Part shown: positions 1 to 8,928 of the stretch, one piece after another | Layout: each line of letters begins with the position of its first letter | Position numbering within the stretch: the first letter of the stretch is position 1 | Assembly: GCA_038212275.1 (NCBI GenBank) | Contig: JBBQUR010000006.1 | Coordinates: 32,001 to 96,000, forward strand | Source: Planctomycetota bacterium | GTDB taxonomy: Bacteria > Planctomycetota > B15-G4 | Reading direction: 5' to 3' | Length of the DNA: 64,000 bases | Notes under the pieces: model-generated | Seen by the model: only the letters and a program-made list of their open reading frames with translations | Told to the model about the DNA's origin: nothing | Database searches by the model: none | Translations under genes and position numbers: made by a program

Positions 1-310
1 GGGACGCCCCGTGATCGCCTCCGACCTCGGCGGCTTGTCCGAGCTGGTCGAGGACGGCCACAACGGCCGCACCTTCCGAGCCGGCGATCCCGGAGCCCTC
101 ATGAACGTGCTGCGCGACTTCGACGAGGACCCGGGCCTGCTCAAGCGCCTGCAGGGCGGCATCGGCCGCGTGCGGACGCTGGCGGAGAACGCTCAGGATT
201 TCACGGCGATCTGGGAGCGCGCGCTCGGGCTGCCGGCGGGCTCGTCCGCCGGACCGGCCATCGTCGCGGCCGGCGCCCGGGTCGCGCCCGGCACGGGTGG
301 CCGCCCATGA
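1..310 (+). CDS. Glycosyltransferase family 4, C-terminal part (5'-truncated by the window edge)
   Basis: GTPVIASDLGGLSELVEDGHNGRTF is the typical GT4 C-terminal motif. Confidence 0.85.
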   Translation, partial: GRPVIASDLGGLSELVEDGHNGRTFRAGDPGALMNVLRDFDEDPGLLKRLQGGIGRVRTLAENAQDFTAIWERALGLPAGSSAGPAIVAAGARVAPGTGGRP

Positions 311-1008
311 GCGGCAGCGGCGCCGACCAGCACGCCGGCAACCGGCCGGCCCCGCGCGACGACGGGCGGCCTGACAGCCCGCGGCAGCACGCTCCGGCTC
401 GCGATGCGGAGGAGGTGCGCCGTCACGAAAGCCACCTGGTCAGCCAGATCTATCACCTCATCGAGGCCAATCAGAAGCTCGAGGAACAGGTGGATCGGCT
501 CTCCAGGGTGACCGAGATCGCGGCGCTCTTCCGCGAGCGCCGCATCACGCCCGACACCTTCGAACTGCAGCCGCCTTCCATCATCTCGACGGCGCCGGCG
601 CAGCAGGCCTGGACGCGCATCGAGGTGCTGCTCGATGAGATGCCCGCGGGCGCCGCGCTGACGCAGATGCGCGACCTGCTCGGCCTGATCCGTTCCGCGG
701 ATCGCCAGGTGGATGCCGACTGGCTGGCCGACGTGCGCCGCCGGCTCATCGCTGCCGAGCAGGCCATCGCCTTCCTCAACGAGCAGACGCGCGAGATGGA
801 CATGCTGCGCCGCGAGAAGGACGCCATCGTGGACGGCGCCGCGCGCCTCGAGCAGAACATCGACGACCTCTGGAAGGCACTGAACGAGAAGACGACGCAC
901 ATCCAGCGGCTCGAGTCGCAGCTGCAGCGCATCTGGGACAGCAAGCCGTATCGCGTCTTCTCCGCCGTGCGGCGTGGCTTCAAGCCGAAGCCGGAGGACA
1001 AGTCATAG
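307..1008 (+). CDS. Coiled-coil protein in the glycosyltransferase operon
   Basis: ATGA overlap with the upstream stop; heptad-like E/Q/L/R-rich sequence; amphipathic C-terminal WDSKPYRVFSAVRR. Confidence 0.7.
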   Translation: MSGSGADQHAGNRPAPRDDGRPDSPRQHAPARDAEEVRRHESHLVSQIYHLIEANQKLEEQVDRLSRVTEIAALFRERRITPDTFELQPPSIISTAPAQQAWTRIEVLLDEMPAGAALTQMRDLLGLIRSADRQVDADWLADVRRRLIAAEQAIAFLNEQTREMDMLRREKDAIVDGAARLEQNIDDLWKALNEKTTHIQRLESQLQRIWDSKPYRVFSAVRRGFKPKPEDKS

Positions 1009-1019
1009 GCGCGGGAGTC

Positions 1020-1994
1020 GTGGTGCCGACCTTGAACGGCGGCGCGCGTTTCCGGAGCTGCCTTGCGGCTCTCGCCGCGCAGGTCCCCGCGCCGGACGCC
1101 GTCGTGGTCATCGACAGCGGCTCGACGGACGGCACGCCGGACGTGGCGCGCCGCGCCGGCGCGCGCGTGCTGGAGATCCCGCCCGCGGAGTTCGATCACG
1201 GCGAGACGCGCAACCGCGGCGCCGCCGCGCTGCCCGACGTGGACGTGCTCGTCTTCCTGGTGCAGGATGCCGTGCCCGTGGGCGTGCACTGCCTGGCGGC
1301 GCTCGCGCAGTCCGTGTCGCAACCCGGCGTGGCCGCGGCGACGGCGCGGCAGGTGCCGCCTCCCGAGGCGGGGCCCCTGACCGCCTGCAGCGTGAGCGCC
1401 GGCTCCTTCGGCGGCGCCGAGCCGCGCAGCGTGGGCCCGCTCGCCGCCGGGGCGCGGGATGCGCTGAGCCCCGAGGAGTGGCGCGCGCTGCTGCTGCTGG
1501 ACGACGTCTGCTGCGCGCTGCGCGCCCCTTTGTTCCGCGCGGTCGGCGGTTACCGCCGCACGAGCCACGGCGAGGATGCGCTGATGGCCTTCGACCTGCT
1601 TCACGCCGGCTGGTCGCTGGCCTTCCAGCCCGACGCCGTCGTGGAGCACGGCCATGTGTACGACGCGACCAGCGTCGTGCCGCGCTATCGCGACGACGCC
1701 AGCTTCTTCCGCGAGGCCTTCGGTTACCGCGTGCGCCCCGATCTCATCTCCGTGCTCAAGGGCTACAACGCCGAGCTCTCGCGCGATCGTCGCACGCTCA
1801 CCGGGCGGCCGGAACTTCTCGGCGGCCGGTCGCTGACCATGGTGCTGGCCGAGGCGCGCACGCTGCGCTGGGCGCAGGTCATGGCGCAGCGGCAGGGCAG
1901 CCGCGGCCCGGTGGGCACGCTGCCCGTGCCGCGGCCACTGCCGTCGCCGCGGACGTCGGGATCGAAATCGAGATCGGGCAGGGGCCGTCGATGA
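1020..1994 (+). CDS. Glycosyltransferase family 2 (rhamnosyltransferase-like)
   Basis: VVPTLNG, VIDSGSTDGT, FDHGETRN, LVQDA, GED and H-x-H motifs; start uncertain. Confidence 0.85.
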   Translation: MVPTLNGGARFRSCLAALAAQVPAPDAVVVIDSGSTDGTPDVARRAGARVLEIPPAEFDHGETRNRGAAALPDVDVLVFLVQDAVPVGVHCLAALAQSVSQPGVAAATARQVPPPEAGPLTACSVSAGSFGGAEPRSVGPLAAGARDALSPEEWRALLLLDDVCCALRAPLFRAVGGYRRTSHGEDALMAFDLLHAGWSLAFQPDAVVEHGHVYDATSVVPRYRDDASFFREAFGYRVRPDLISVLKGYNAELSRDRRTLTGRPELLGGRSLTMVLAEARTLRWAQVMAQRQGSRGPVGTLPVPRPLPSPRTSGSKSRSGRGRR

Positions 1995-4441
1995 GCGCCG
2001 GAGCGGACGACCGCACAACCTCGGGCCGCGTGACCTCGGTCTCGATCGTGATCCCGGCGAAGAACGGGCGCCCGACCATCGGGCCCTGCCTCGACGCGGT
2101 GCTGGCCCAGGAACTGGACATCCCCTTCGACGTGCTGGTCATCGACAGCGGCTCGACCGACGGCTCGCTGGACGACATCCGCGCGCGGCCGGCGGTGAAG
2201 CTGCACCGCATCGCGCCCTCGGGCTTCGATCACGGCGACACGCGCAATCTCGGCGCGGGCATGACCACCGGGCAGGCCATCGTCTTCCTCGTGCAGGATG
2301 CCGAGCCGGTGGGGCGGCACTGGCTCGCGAAGCTCGTGCGCAACCTCGACGACCCGCGCGTGGCAGGCGCCTTCTCGCGCATCCTGCCGCGCCCGCACGC
2401 CGGCCCGCTGGTGAAGAAGGGTTGCGAGGGCGACCTGTGCTTCGGCACGCAGCGCATCGAGACCACGATGGAGTCGCCCGAAGCCTGGGCGGCGCTGGAC
2501 CCGCACATGCTGCGCCTGCGCTGCAACTTCAACGACGTGTCGTCGGTGCTGCGCCGCTCCGTATGGGAGCGCCTGCCCTTTGAACGCGGCATGTTCGGCG
2601 AGGACATCAAGTTCACGCGCGCGGCTCTCGAGGCGGGCTGGACCATCGTCTTCGATCCCGAGAGCGAGGTGCTGCACAGTCACGAGTACGACGCGGCCAC
2701 CGTTGCGGCGCGCACCTTCGTGGATGCGGAACTCAACCAGTTCTTCCTCGGCCGCACCTGCATCGAGAAGCTCTCGCACGTCTTCGTGATGACGGGCCGC
2801 TTCTGGAAGAGCGACCGGCAGTACCTGAGCGCACAGCGCCTGCCGCTGTCGCAGCGCCTCAAGTGGGGCGCATTCTCGCCGTACTATCACTTCAAGGAAT
2901 TCTGGGGCTTCTGGCGCGGCGGCCGGGCTGTGCTCGACGCGCCCGGCGGCCCGAAGCCGGGGGCCCGACCGCCTGCCGCGGTGCCGCTCGCGGAGCGCCC
3001 GCTGAAGATCCTCACCGTGGTGCACGGCTTCCCGCCCGATTCATGGGCCGGCACCGAGGTCCTGTCGCTCACGCTCGGTCGCGGGCTGCGCGAGCGCGGC
3101 CACGACGTGGCGTTCTTCGTGCGCTCCCACGGCGCGCCGGGCGAGGCGGACCGCTCGCTGCACCGCAGCGAGTTCGACGGCTTCCGCGTGCACCGTTTCG
3201 TGAATCACCTCGCGTTTTCCGGCGTGGATGAGACCTATCGCTTCGCGCCGGCCGAGGCGGCCTTCGACACGGTGCTCGCCGAGGAGCGTCCGGACGTCGT
3301 GCACTGCCAGCACCTCATCCATCTCTCCACCGGCATCATCGACCGTTGCCGCGTGGCCGGGGTGCCGGTGGTGGTGTCGCTGTCGGACTACTGGGCGCGC
3401 TGCTCGCGCGTGCAGCTCATCCGCCCCGACCGCAGCAACTGCATGTCGGCGCCGCCCGGCCTCGGCTGCGCGGCCTGCGTGAAGGACAAGCCGGCGCTCA
3501 TCGGGCCGCTGGCCACGCTGGACAACCTGCTCGGCGGCCTGCCGCTGGCCTGGGCGCGCAAGGTTCCGCAGACGGTCCCGGCGCATGCGCCGGGCTGGGC
3601 CAAGAGCCGCGAGGACGCCGCGTCGCTGGTGCGTCGCGAGCACTGGATGCGCGAGGTGCTGCTGCGCGCCGACAGCGTGGTCGTCGCGTCCCGCAGCGTG
3701 AAGCGCGCGATGACGGGCCTCGGACTGCCGCCCGGAAAGATCGTGCTCTGCGAGTACGGCAGCGACCGGAGCTGGTGCCCGGACGGGCCGCCCGCGCGCG
3801 TGCCGCGCGCTCCCGGCGCACCGCTGCGCGTGGGCTTCCTGGGCAGCCTCGTCTGGTACAAAGGTCTGCATGTGGCGGCGCAGGCCGTGGCCGCCATGCC
3901 TCCCGGCAGCGTCCATCTTCACGTCCACGGCGACCATGTCGGGGGCAGCGATCCGGGCGTGGCCGCGCAGTTCCGCGCGGTGGCCGACGAGGCGCGGGCC
4001 ATTGCCGGGGAGCGCATCAGCTTCCACGGTCGCTATCCTCACGACGCCCTGGCAGCCATCCACGCGGAGCTGGACGTGATCGTCGTACCTTCGGTCTGGC
4101 AGGAAGCCTACGGGCTCACCGTGCGCGAGACCTTCCTTTCTCGCACGCCGGTCGTCGGCAGCGACATTGCCGGCATCGCGGAGGGCATCGAGCACGACCG
4201 CACCGGCCTGCTGTTCCGCACCGGCGATGCGGAGTCGCTGCGCGCGGCCCTGCAGCGCTTCCTGGACGAACCGGAGCTGGGCGCGCGGCTGACGGCCAAC
4301 GCACCGCACGTCCGCACCGGCGCCGAGGAAGCGCGCGAGATGGAATGGCGCTACCGCCAGGTGATCTCCGCGCGCGGCGGCCTGCGGTCCGCTGCGGTGC
4401 AGGTCGGCGCGACCGGACCTTCCGGCGGAGCCGCTGCATGA
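1991..4441 (+). CDS. GT2 + GT4 fusion glycosyltransferase
   Basis: ATG at 1991 overlaps the previous stop (ATGA); N-terminal SIVIPAKNG/DSGSTDG; C-terminal GT4 with GTEVL, GFLGSL..YKG and PSVWQEAYG..E. Confidence 0.88.
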   Translation: MSAGADDRTTSGRVTSVSIVIPAKNGRPTIGPCLDAVLAQELDIPFDVLVIDSGSTDGSLDDIRARPAVKLHRIAPSGFDHGDTRNLGAGMTTGQAIVFLVQDAEPVGRHWLAKLVRNLDDPRVAGAFSRILPRPHAGPLVKKGCEGDLCFGTQRIETTMESPEAWAALDPHMLRLRCNFNDVSSVLRRSVWERLPFERGMFGEDIKFTRAALEAGWTIVFDPESEVLHSHEYDAATVAARTFVDAELNQFFLGRTCIEKLSHVFVMTGRFWKSDRQYLSAQRLPLSQRLKWGAFSPYYHFKEFWGFWRGGRAVLDAPGGPKPGARPPAAVPLAERPLKILTVVHGFPPDSWAGTEVLSLTLGRGLRERGHDVAFFVRSHGAPGEADRSLHRSEFDGFRVHRFVNHLAFSGVDETYRFAPAEAAFDTVLAEERPDVVHCQHLIHLSTGIIDRCRVAGVPVVVSLSDYWARCSRVQLIRPDRSNCMSAPPGLGCAACVKDKPALIGPLATLDNLLGGLPLAWARKVPQTVPAHAPGWAKSREDAASLVRREHWMREVLLRADSVVVASRSVKRAMTGLGLPPGKIVLCEYGSDRSWCPDGPPARVPRAPGAPLRVGFLGSLVWYKGLHVAAQAVAAMPPGSVHLHVHGDHVGGSDPGVAAQFRAVADEARAIAGERISFHGRYPHDALAAIHAELDVIVVPSVWQEAYGLTVRETFLSRTPVVGSDIAGIAEGIEHDRTGLLFRTGDAESLRAALQRFLDEPELGARLTANAPHVRTGAEEAREMEWRYRQVISARGGLRSAAVQVGATGPSGGAAA

Positions 4442-5619
4442 GCCTCCCGTCGGTCTCCATCGTGCTGGTGAACCTCAACGGTCAGCACCACTTCGAGAAG
4501 CTCTTCGAGAGCCTGCGCGCCGTGGACTACCCGCGCGAGCTGCTCGAGGTCGTCATGGTGGACAACGCCTCCGTGGACGGCTCGGTGCAGTGGCTGGACA
4601 AGCACGCGCCGGATGCGCGCACCATCGTGTGCCGCCAGAACCACGGCTTCGCGGGCGGCGTCAACGTGGGCGTCGAGGCCTGCCAGGGCGAGGTGCTCGT
4701 CTTCCTCAACACGGACATGCGCGTCGAGCCCAACTGGCTGCGCGAGCTGGTCGCGCCGATCATCACGCGCGAGGCCGACTGCACCTCCAGCCTCACGCTC
4801 TCGTGGAACGGCCAGGTCGTGAACTTCGGCGGCTCGGCCATGAACTTCCACGGCATCGGCTGGCAGGTCGGGATGAACGATCCCGACATAGATCGCTACA
4901 GGAAGCCCGGCGACACGCTCTTCGCATGCGGCGGCAGCATGGCCATCCGGCGCGAGGTCTACGAGGACGCCGGACGCTTCGACGAGGACTTCTTCGCCTA
5001 CTACGAGGACGTCGATCTCGGCTTCCGGCTCTGGGTGCTGGGCTACCGCGTGATGTATGTGCCGACCTCGGTGGCCTATCACCATCACATGTCCACCAGC
5101 CGACGCATCGACGTGCACAAGATCCGCCTGCTGCAGATGCGCAACCCGCTGTGGCTCATCTACAAGAACTACGAGGAGCACGTGCTGCAGCGCGTGCTGC
5201 CCGCGGCGCTGCTCGTGCACCAGAAGCGCATGGCCTACGTGCTGCACCTGGACGACCGGGGCTATCGCATCGATGCCCGCGATGCCCGCGGGCGCGGCAA
5301 GCTGCACGAGGTCTTTCTCAAGATGCGTGCCAGCAAGCGCTCGGTGGGCATCCCGCCCCCGGCCAAGGCCGACATGCTGGCCATCAACGACTTCTCGAGG
5401 CTGCTCGACGCGATGTCCGCCAAGCGGCAGTCCATCCAGTCGCGCAGGAAGCGCCCCGACTGCGAGATCCTTCCCATGTTCCGCATCCCCTTCTGGGCCG
5501 TGGAGCAGGCGCCGGAGTTCGCCAACATGATCCGCGCGCTCATGGAGAGCTTCAGGCTGCACGAGATCTTCGGCACGCGCGAGGTCGTCATCGACCCGCG
5601 CCTCGCCAGCGAGCGCTAG
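4438..5619 (+). CDS. Glycosyltransferase family 2
   Basis: SIVLVNLNG, VDNASVDGS, NHGFAGGVN, LNTD, FDEDFFAYYEDVDL; ATGA coupling. Confidence 0.9.
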   Translation: MSLPSVSIVLVNLNGQHHFEKLFESLRAVDYPRELLEVVMVDNASVDGSVQWLDKHAPDARTIVCRQNHGFAGGVNVGVEACQGEVLVFLNTDMRVEPNWLRELVAPIITREADCTSSLTLSWNGQVVNFGGSAMNFHGIGWQVGMNDPDIDRYRKPGDTLFACGGSMAIRREVYEDAGRFDEDFFAYYEDVDLGFRLWVLGYRVMYVPTSVAYHHHMSTSRRIDVHKIRLLQMRNPLWLIYKNYEEHVLQRVLPAALLVHQKRMAYVLHLDDRGYRIDARDARGRGKLHEVFLKMRASKRSVGIPPPAKADMLAINDFSRLLDAMSAKRQSIQSRRKRPDCEILPMFRIPFWAVEQAPEFANMIRALMESFRLHEIFGTREVVIDPRLASER

Positions 5620-5951
5620 GCGCGCCGACTTGCTGTCAGGCGCGCCGGCCGGGGGCTCCTTCCGCGGCGCTCTCGGCCAGGGGCGGCGAAGTCGCGCCGC
5701 ATGAGGCCGCCCGGCCGCGCACGCCAACGCATGCGATGCCGTGCGGAGAGAGGGGCCCCGCGACGCACCCGTCCGGCGCGCCCTGCACGTGCGGGCCGGG
5801 TGGAACGATGGAGAGTCGTGATGAACGCCGGCTCGATGAAGCGGGGCGAAGGCGCGGCGCGTGCGATGCAGCGTCGGACCAAGGCGCCTTCATTCCTTGA
5901 AAAGCTTGCAGCGCGGCCACCATAATCACCGGCCACTCTCCGGGGTCCCTG

Positions 5952-6656
5952 ATGAAGCTTTCGGTTGTCGTGCCCGTCTACAACGAGCGGGACACCGTAC
6001 GCACGATCCTCGCCCGGATCCTCGCCACGCCGCACGACAAGGAGGTCATCCTCGTCGACGACGGCAGCAAGGACGGCACGCGGGACGTGCTCAAGGAGAT
6101 CGAGGCCGAGAACAATCCGCTGGTGCGCGTGATCTACCACGCGGTCAACCAGGGCAAGGGCGCCGCGCTGCGCACCGGTTTCGCCGCGGTGAAGGGCGAC
6201 ATCGTCCTCATCCAGGACGCGGACCTCGAGTACACGCCCGACGACTATCCCGCGCTCATCAAGCCCATTCAGGACGGCCTGGCCGACGTCGTGTTCGGCA
6301 GCCGCTTCCTCGGAGGGGGGGCGCACCGCTGCCACCTCTACTGGCACTACGTCGTGAACAAGGGGCTGACCACGTTCAGCAACATGCTCACCAACCTGAA
6401 CCTCACGGACATGGAGACCTGCTACAAGGTCTTCCGACGCGAGGTGGCGGACCGCCTGAACATCCAGAGCAACCGCTTCGGCATCGAGCCCGAGGTCACC
6501 GCGAAGGTGGCGCGCATGACCTTCAACGGCGCCAAGTGCCGGGTGTATGAAGTGCCGATCAGCTACTTCGGCCGGGACTTCGCGGAAGGCAAGAAGATCG
6601 GTGTGAAGGACGGCTTCGAGGCCATCTGGTGCATCGTCAAGTTCAACCTGTTCTGA
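5952..6656 (+). CDS. DPM1-like GT2 (polyprenol-phosphate sugar synthase family)
   Basis: [46 protein letters not shown]. Confidence 0.9.
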   Translation: MKLSVVVPVYNERDTVRTILARILATPHDKEVILVDDGSKDGTRDVLKEIEAENNPLVRVIYHAVNQGKGAALRTGFAAVKGDIVLIQDADLEYTPDDYPALIKPIQDGLADVVFGSRFLGGGAHRCHLYWHYVVNKGLTTFSNMLTNLNLTDMETCYKVFRREVADRLNIQSNRFGIEPEVTAKVARMTFNGAKCRVYEVPISYFGRDFAEGKKIGVKDGFEAIWCIVKFNLF

Positions 6657-6691
6657 GCGGCGAGACGCCAGCCGCATCAGACACGTCGCCC

Positions 6692-8137
6692 GTGACGCCT
6701 CGCGAGCGGCTGCTGCTCGCGGCGCTGCTCGCAGGCCTGGCCGTGGTGCTCCTGTTCCAGCTGGGGGCGGGCGGCCTGCAGAGCTCCGCGGAGCAGCGGG
6801 TCTGGGACGTCATGCGCGGCATGGACGCCAGCGGAGACTGGCTCGTGCCGCGCCAGGGCGATGCGGTGCGCCTCAACAAGCCGCCGCTTTACTACTGGGC
6901 CGCCACCGCCTGCGCGGCGCTCGCCGGCGAGGCGACGCTGACAGCCCTGCGCCTGCCCGCCGCGCTCGCGACGCTGCTGCTCGTGTGGGTCACGTGGCGC
7001 TGGGCGCGCTTTCTCGGCGGCCCGAGGCTCGGGCTGCTCTCCGCCGCGGCGCTGGCCTGCATGGAACTCTTCGGGACGCAGGGCCGCACCGGCGTGGCCG
7101 AGATGTTCCTCGCGCTCTTCAGCACGCTGGGGCTGTTCACCTTCGACCGCCTCTCCCGTCCGCCGGAGCCCGGGGGCGAGGCGCGCCACCGGCGCCTGCT
7201 GCCGCTCTTCGCACTGTGGACCGCGCTGGCCATCCTGAGCAAGGCCACCGTGGCGCTCATGCTCCTCGGCGTGCCGGCGCTGCTGCTGCTGCTGGCCGAG
7301 CGGCGCTGGCGCGAGGCGCTGGCCGGCCGCGTCCTGCGCTGGGTGACGTTGTCGGTGCTGGCCGGCTTCGCGTGGTACGTGGTGGTCATCACGGTGGTGC
7401 CGGGCGCCTTCGACATGCTGAAGGCCACGGTCCTGCTGCCGATGGGCGTGCGCCTGCCCGGCGTCGAGAAGTCCGCCGCGCACACGCGGGCCGTGCACTT
7501 CTTCATCGTGTCCCTGCTCATGTCGGCTTTCCCTGTCTCGGTGCTCGTGCCGACGATGCTGGCGCGCGCCTGGCGCAGCCGGCTGTGGTCGGGGCAGCGC
7601 GTGCGCTTCGCGGGGCTGGCCTTCGTCTCGCTCTTCGTGTGCTTCTCGCTCATTCCGCAGAAGCAGAAGCACTACATGCTGCCGCTGCTCCCGCTGCTCG
7701 CCATCCTCTGCGCCGAAAGCCTCCTGTCGCTGCAGGTGCGCGCCCCGGCGACGCTGCGCCGGCTGCTCGTCGCGCTGGCCGTGCTGGCCGCGCTCATTGC
7801 GGTGCCTGCGCTTTTCGTCCTGCACCTGCTGTACGTGGAGGCCATGACCCTGCCGATGGTCGCCGGCGCGGCGGTAGGCTTCGTGGCGGCCGTCCTCCTC
7901 GGCTATTTGCTGAAGGAGGCCATCCAGGGAGCTCTGGGCCGCTTCGCCTTCGTCGCCACGGTGGGCGGGCTGCTCGTGTTGCTCTGTTACCACGGCAGCC
8001 TCGAAATCTGGCAGCGGCAGTTCGAGAGCGGCGAGGCGCAGCTGCGGCCGGATTACGATGCCGGCCGATGGCGCGCCGTCTTCGACGAGTGGCCGGCCCT
8101 GGAGCACGCCCTGCGCGCAGCTCCCTCCGATGGTTGA
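6692..8137 (+). CDS. ArnT/PMT-family (GT39/GT83) membrane glycosyltransferase
   Basis: N-terminal E...M..SGDWLVP...LNKPPLYYW, RLP and KQKHYMLP motifs; many TM helices; GTG start inferred. Confidence 0.85.
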   Translation: MTPRERLLLAALLAGLAVVLLFQLGAGGLQSSAEQRVWDVMRGMDASGDWLVPRQGDAVRLNKPPLYYWAATACAALAGEATLTALRLPAALATLLLVWVTWRWARFLGGPRLGLLSAAALACMELFGTQGRTGVAEMFLALFSTLGLFTFDRLSRPPEPGGEARHRRLLPLFALWTALAILSKATVALMLLGVPALLLLLAERRWREALAGRVLRWVTLSVLAGFAWYVVVITVVPGAFDMLKATVLLPMGVRLPGVEKSAAHTRAVHFFIVSLLMSAFPVSVLVPTMLARAWRSRLWSGQRVRFAGLAFVSLFVCFSLIPQKQKHYMLPLLPLLAILCAESLLSLQVRAPATLRRLLVALAVLAALIAVPALFVLHLLYVEAMTLPMVAGAAVGFVAAVLLGYLLKEAIQGALGRFAFVATVGGLLVLLCYHGSLEIWQRQFESGEAQLRPDYDAGRWRAVFDEWPALEHALRAAPSDG

Positions 8138-8927
8138 GAAGCAGGTCACCCTGAGCCCGCCGCGAAAGTCCGCGACGCCGTCCCCGGACGCCACGAGCGA
8201 GGGCGTCGCGCCGGCTGCACGCCCCTCGATCGTGAAGCCCATCCTGCTGCTGCTCGTGATCACCGGCAGCCTGCTCGCCTTCTACCTTTCGCCGCTGCAC
8301 CAGCTGCTCATGCCCGAGGGTCTGGAAGACCTGCGCGACTTCTTCAACGGCTTCGGCGCGTGGACGCCGCTGGTCTTCGCCGCCGCCTGCGCGATCGGCG
8401 TCGGCTTCGGTCTCCCGCGCCTCGCCTTCGCGGCGCTGGGGGGGCTGCTCTTCGGTGCGCTGATCGGCAGCATCGTCGCGCAGTTCGGCACGCTGCTCGG
8501 ATGCGTGCTCGCCTTCGGCTGGGCGCGCTGGCTGGGGCGCGACTTCGTGGAACGCCGCGACAGTCGTCGCCTGCGGCAGCTGCTCGACAAGATCCGGCTG
8601 CGCCCGATCGCCACCAACGTGCTGCTGCGCGTCTGCCCGGTGGGCAATGCCTTCGCGACGAACCTGCTCTTCGGCGTGAGCCCGATGAGCTTGAAGGACT
8701 TCGTGATCGGCACCTTCCTCGGGACGCTGCCCGAGACCGTCGTCCTCGCGCTCTTCGGCGCGAGCATGTACCACGGCTCGGCGCTGCGGGCGATCGCCGG
8801 CGCGGTGCTCATGGTGGCGCTGATCGTCGGCTACTACGTGGCGTCGCGGCGCTCGAAGATGGCGGCCGAACTGGAACGCGACCTGGCCGAGCCGCCCGGT
8901 GACGAATCGACAGGGCCTCGCGCCTGA
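8130..8927 (+). CDS. TVP38/TMEM64 (DedA/VTT-domain) membrane protein
   Basis: GGLLFG..G, ARWLGRDFV, LLRVCP, F..GT.LG.LP motifs. Confidence 0.85.
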   Translation: MVEKQVTLSPPRKSATPSPDATSEGVAPAARPSIVKPILLLLVITGSLLAFYLSPLHQLLMPEGLEDLRDFFNGFGAWTPLVFAAACAIGVGFGLPRLAFAALGGLLFGALIGSIVAQFGTLLGCVLAFGWARWLGRDFVERRDSRRLRQLLDKIRLRPIATNVLLRVCPVGNAFATNLLFGVSPMSLKDFVIGTFLGTLPETVVLALFGASMYHGSALRAIAGAVLMVALIVGYYVASRRSKMAAELERDLAEPPGDESTGPRA

Positions 8928-8928
8928 C

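Noticed and set aside
974..1990. N-terminal extension making an 1155-aa ORF
   Set aside because: Arg-rich off-frame read-through overlapping the real GT2; the true start is the ATG at 1991
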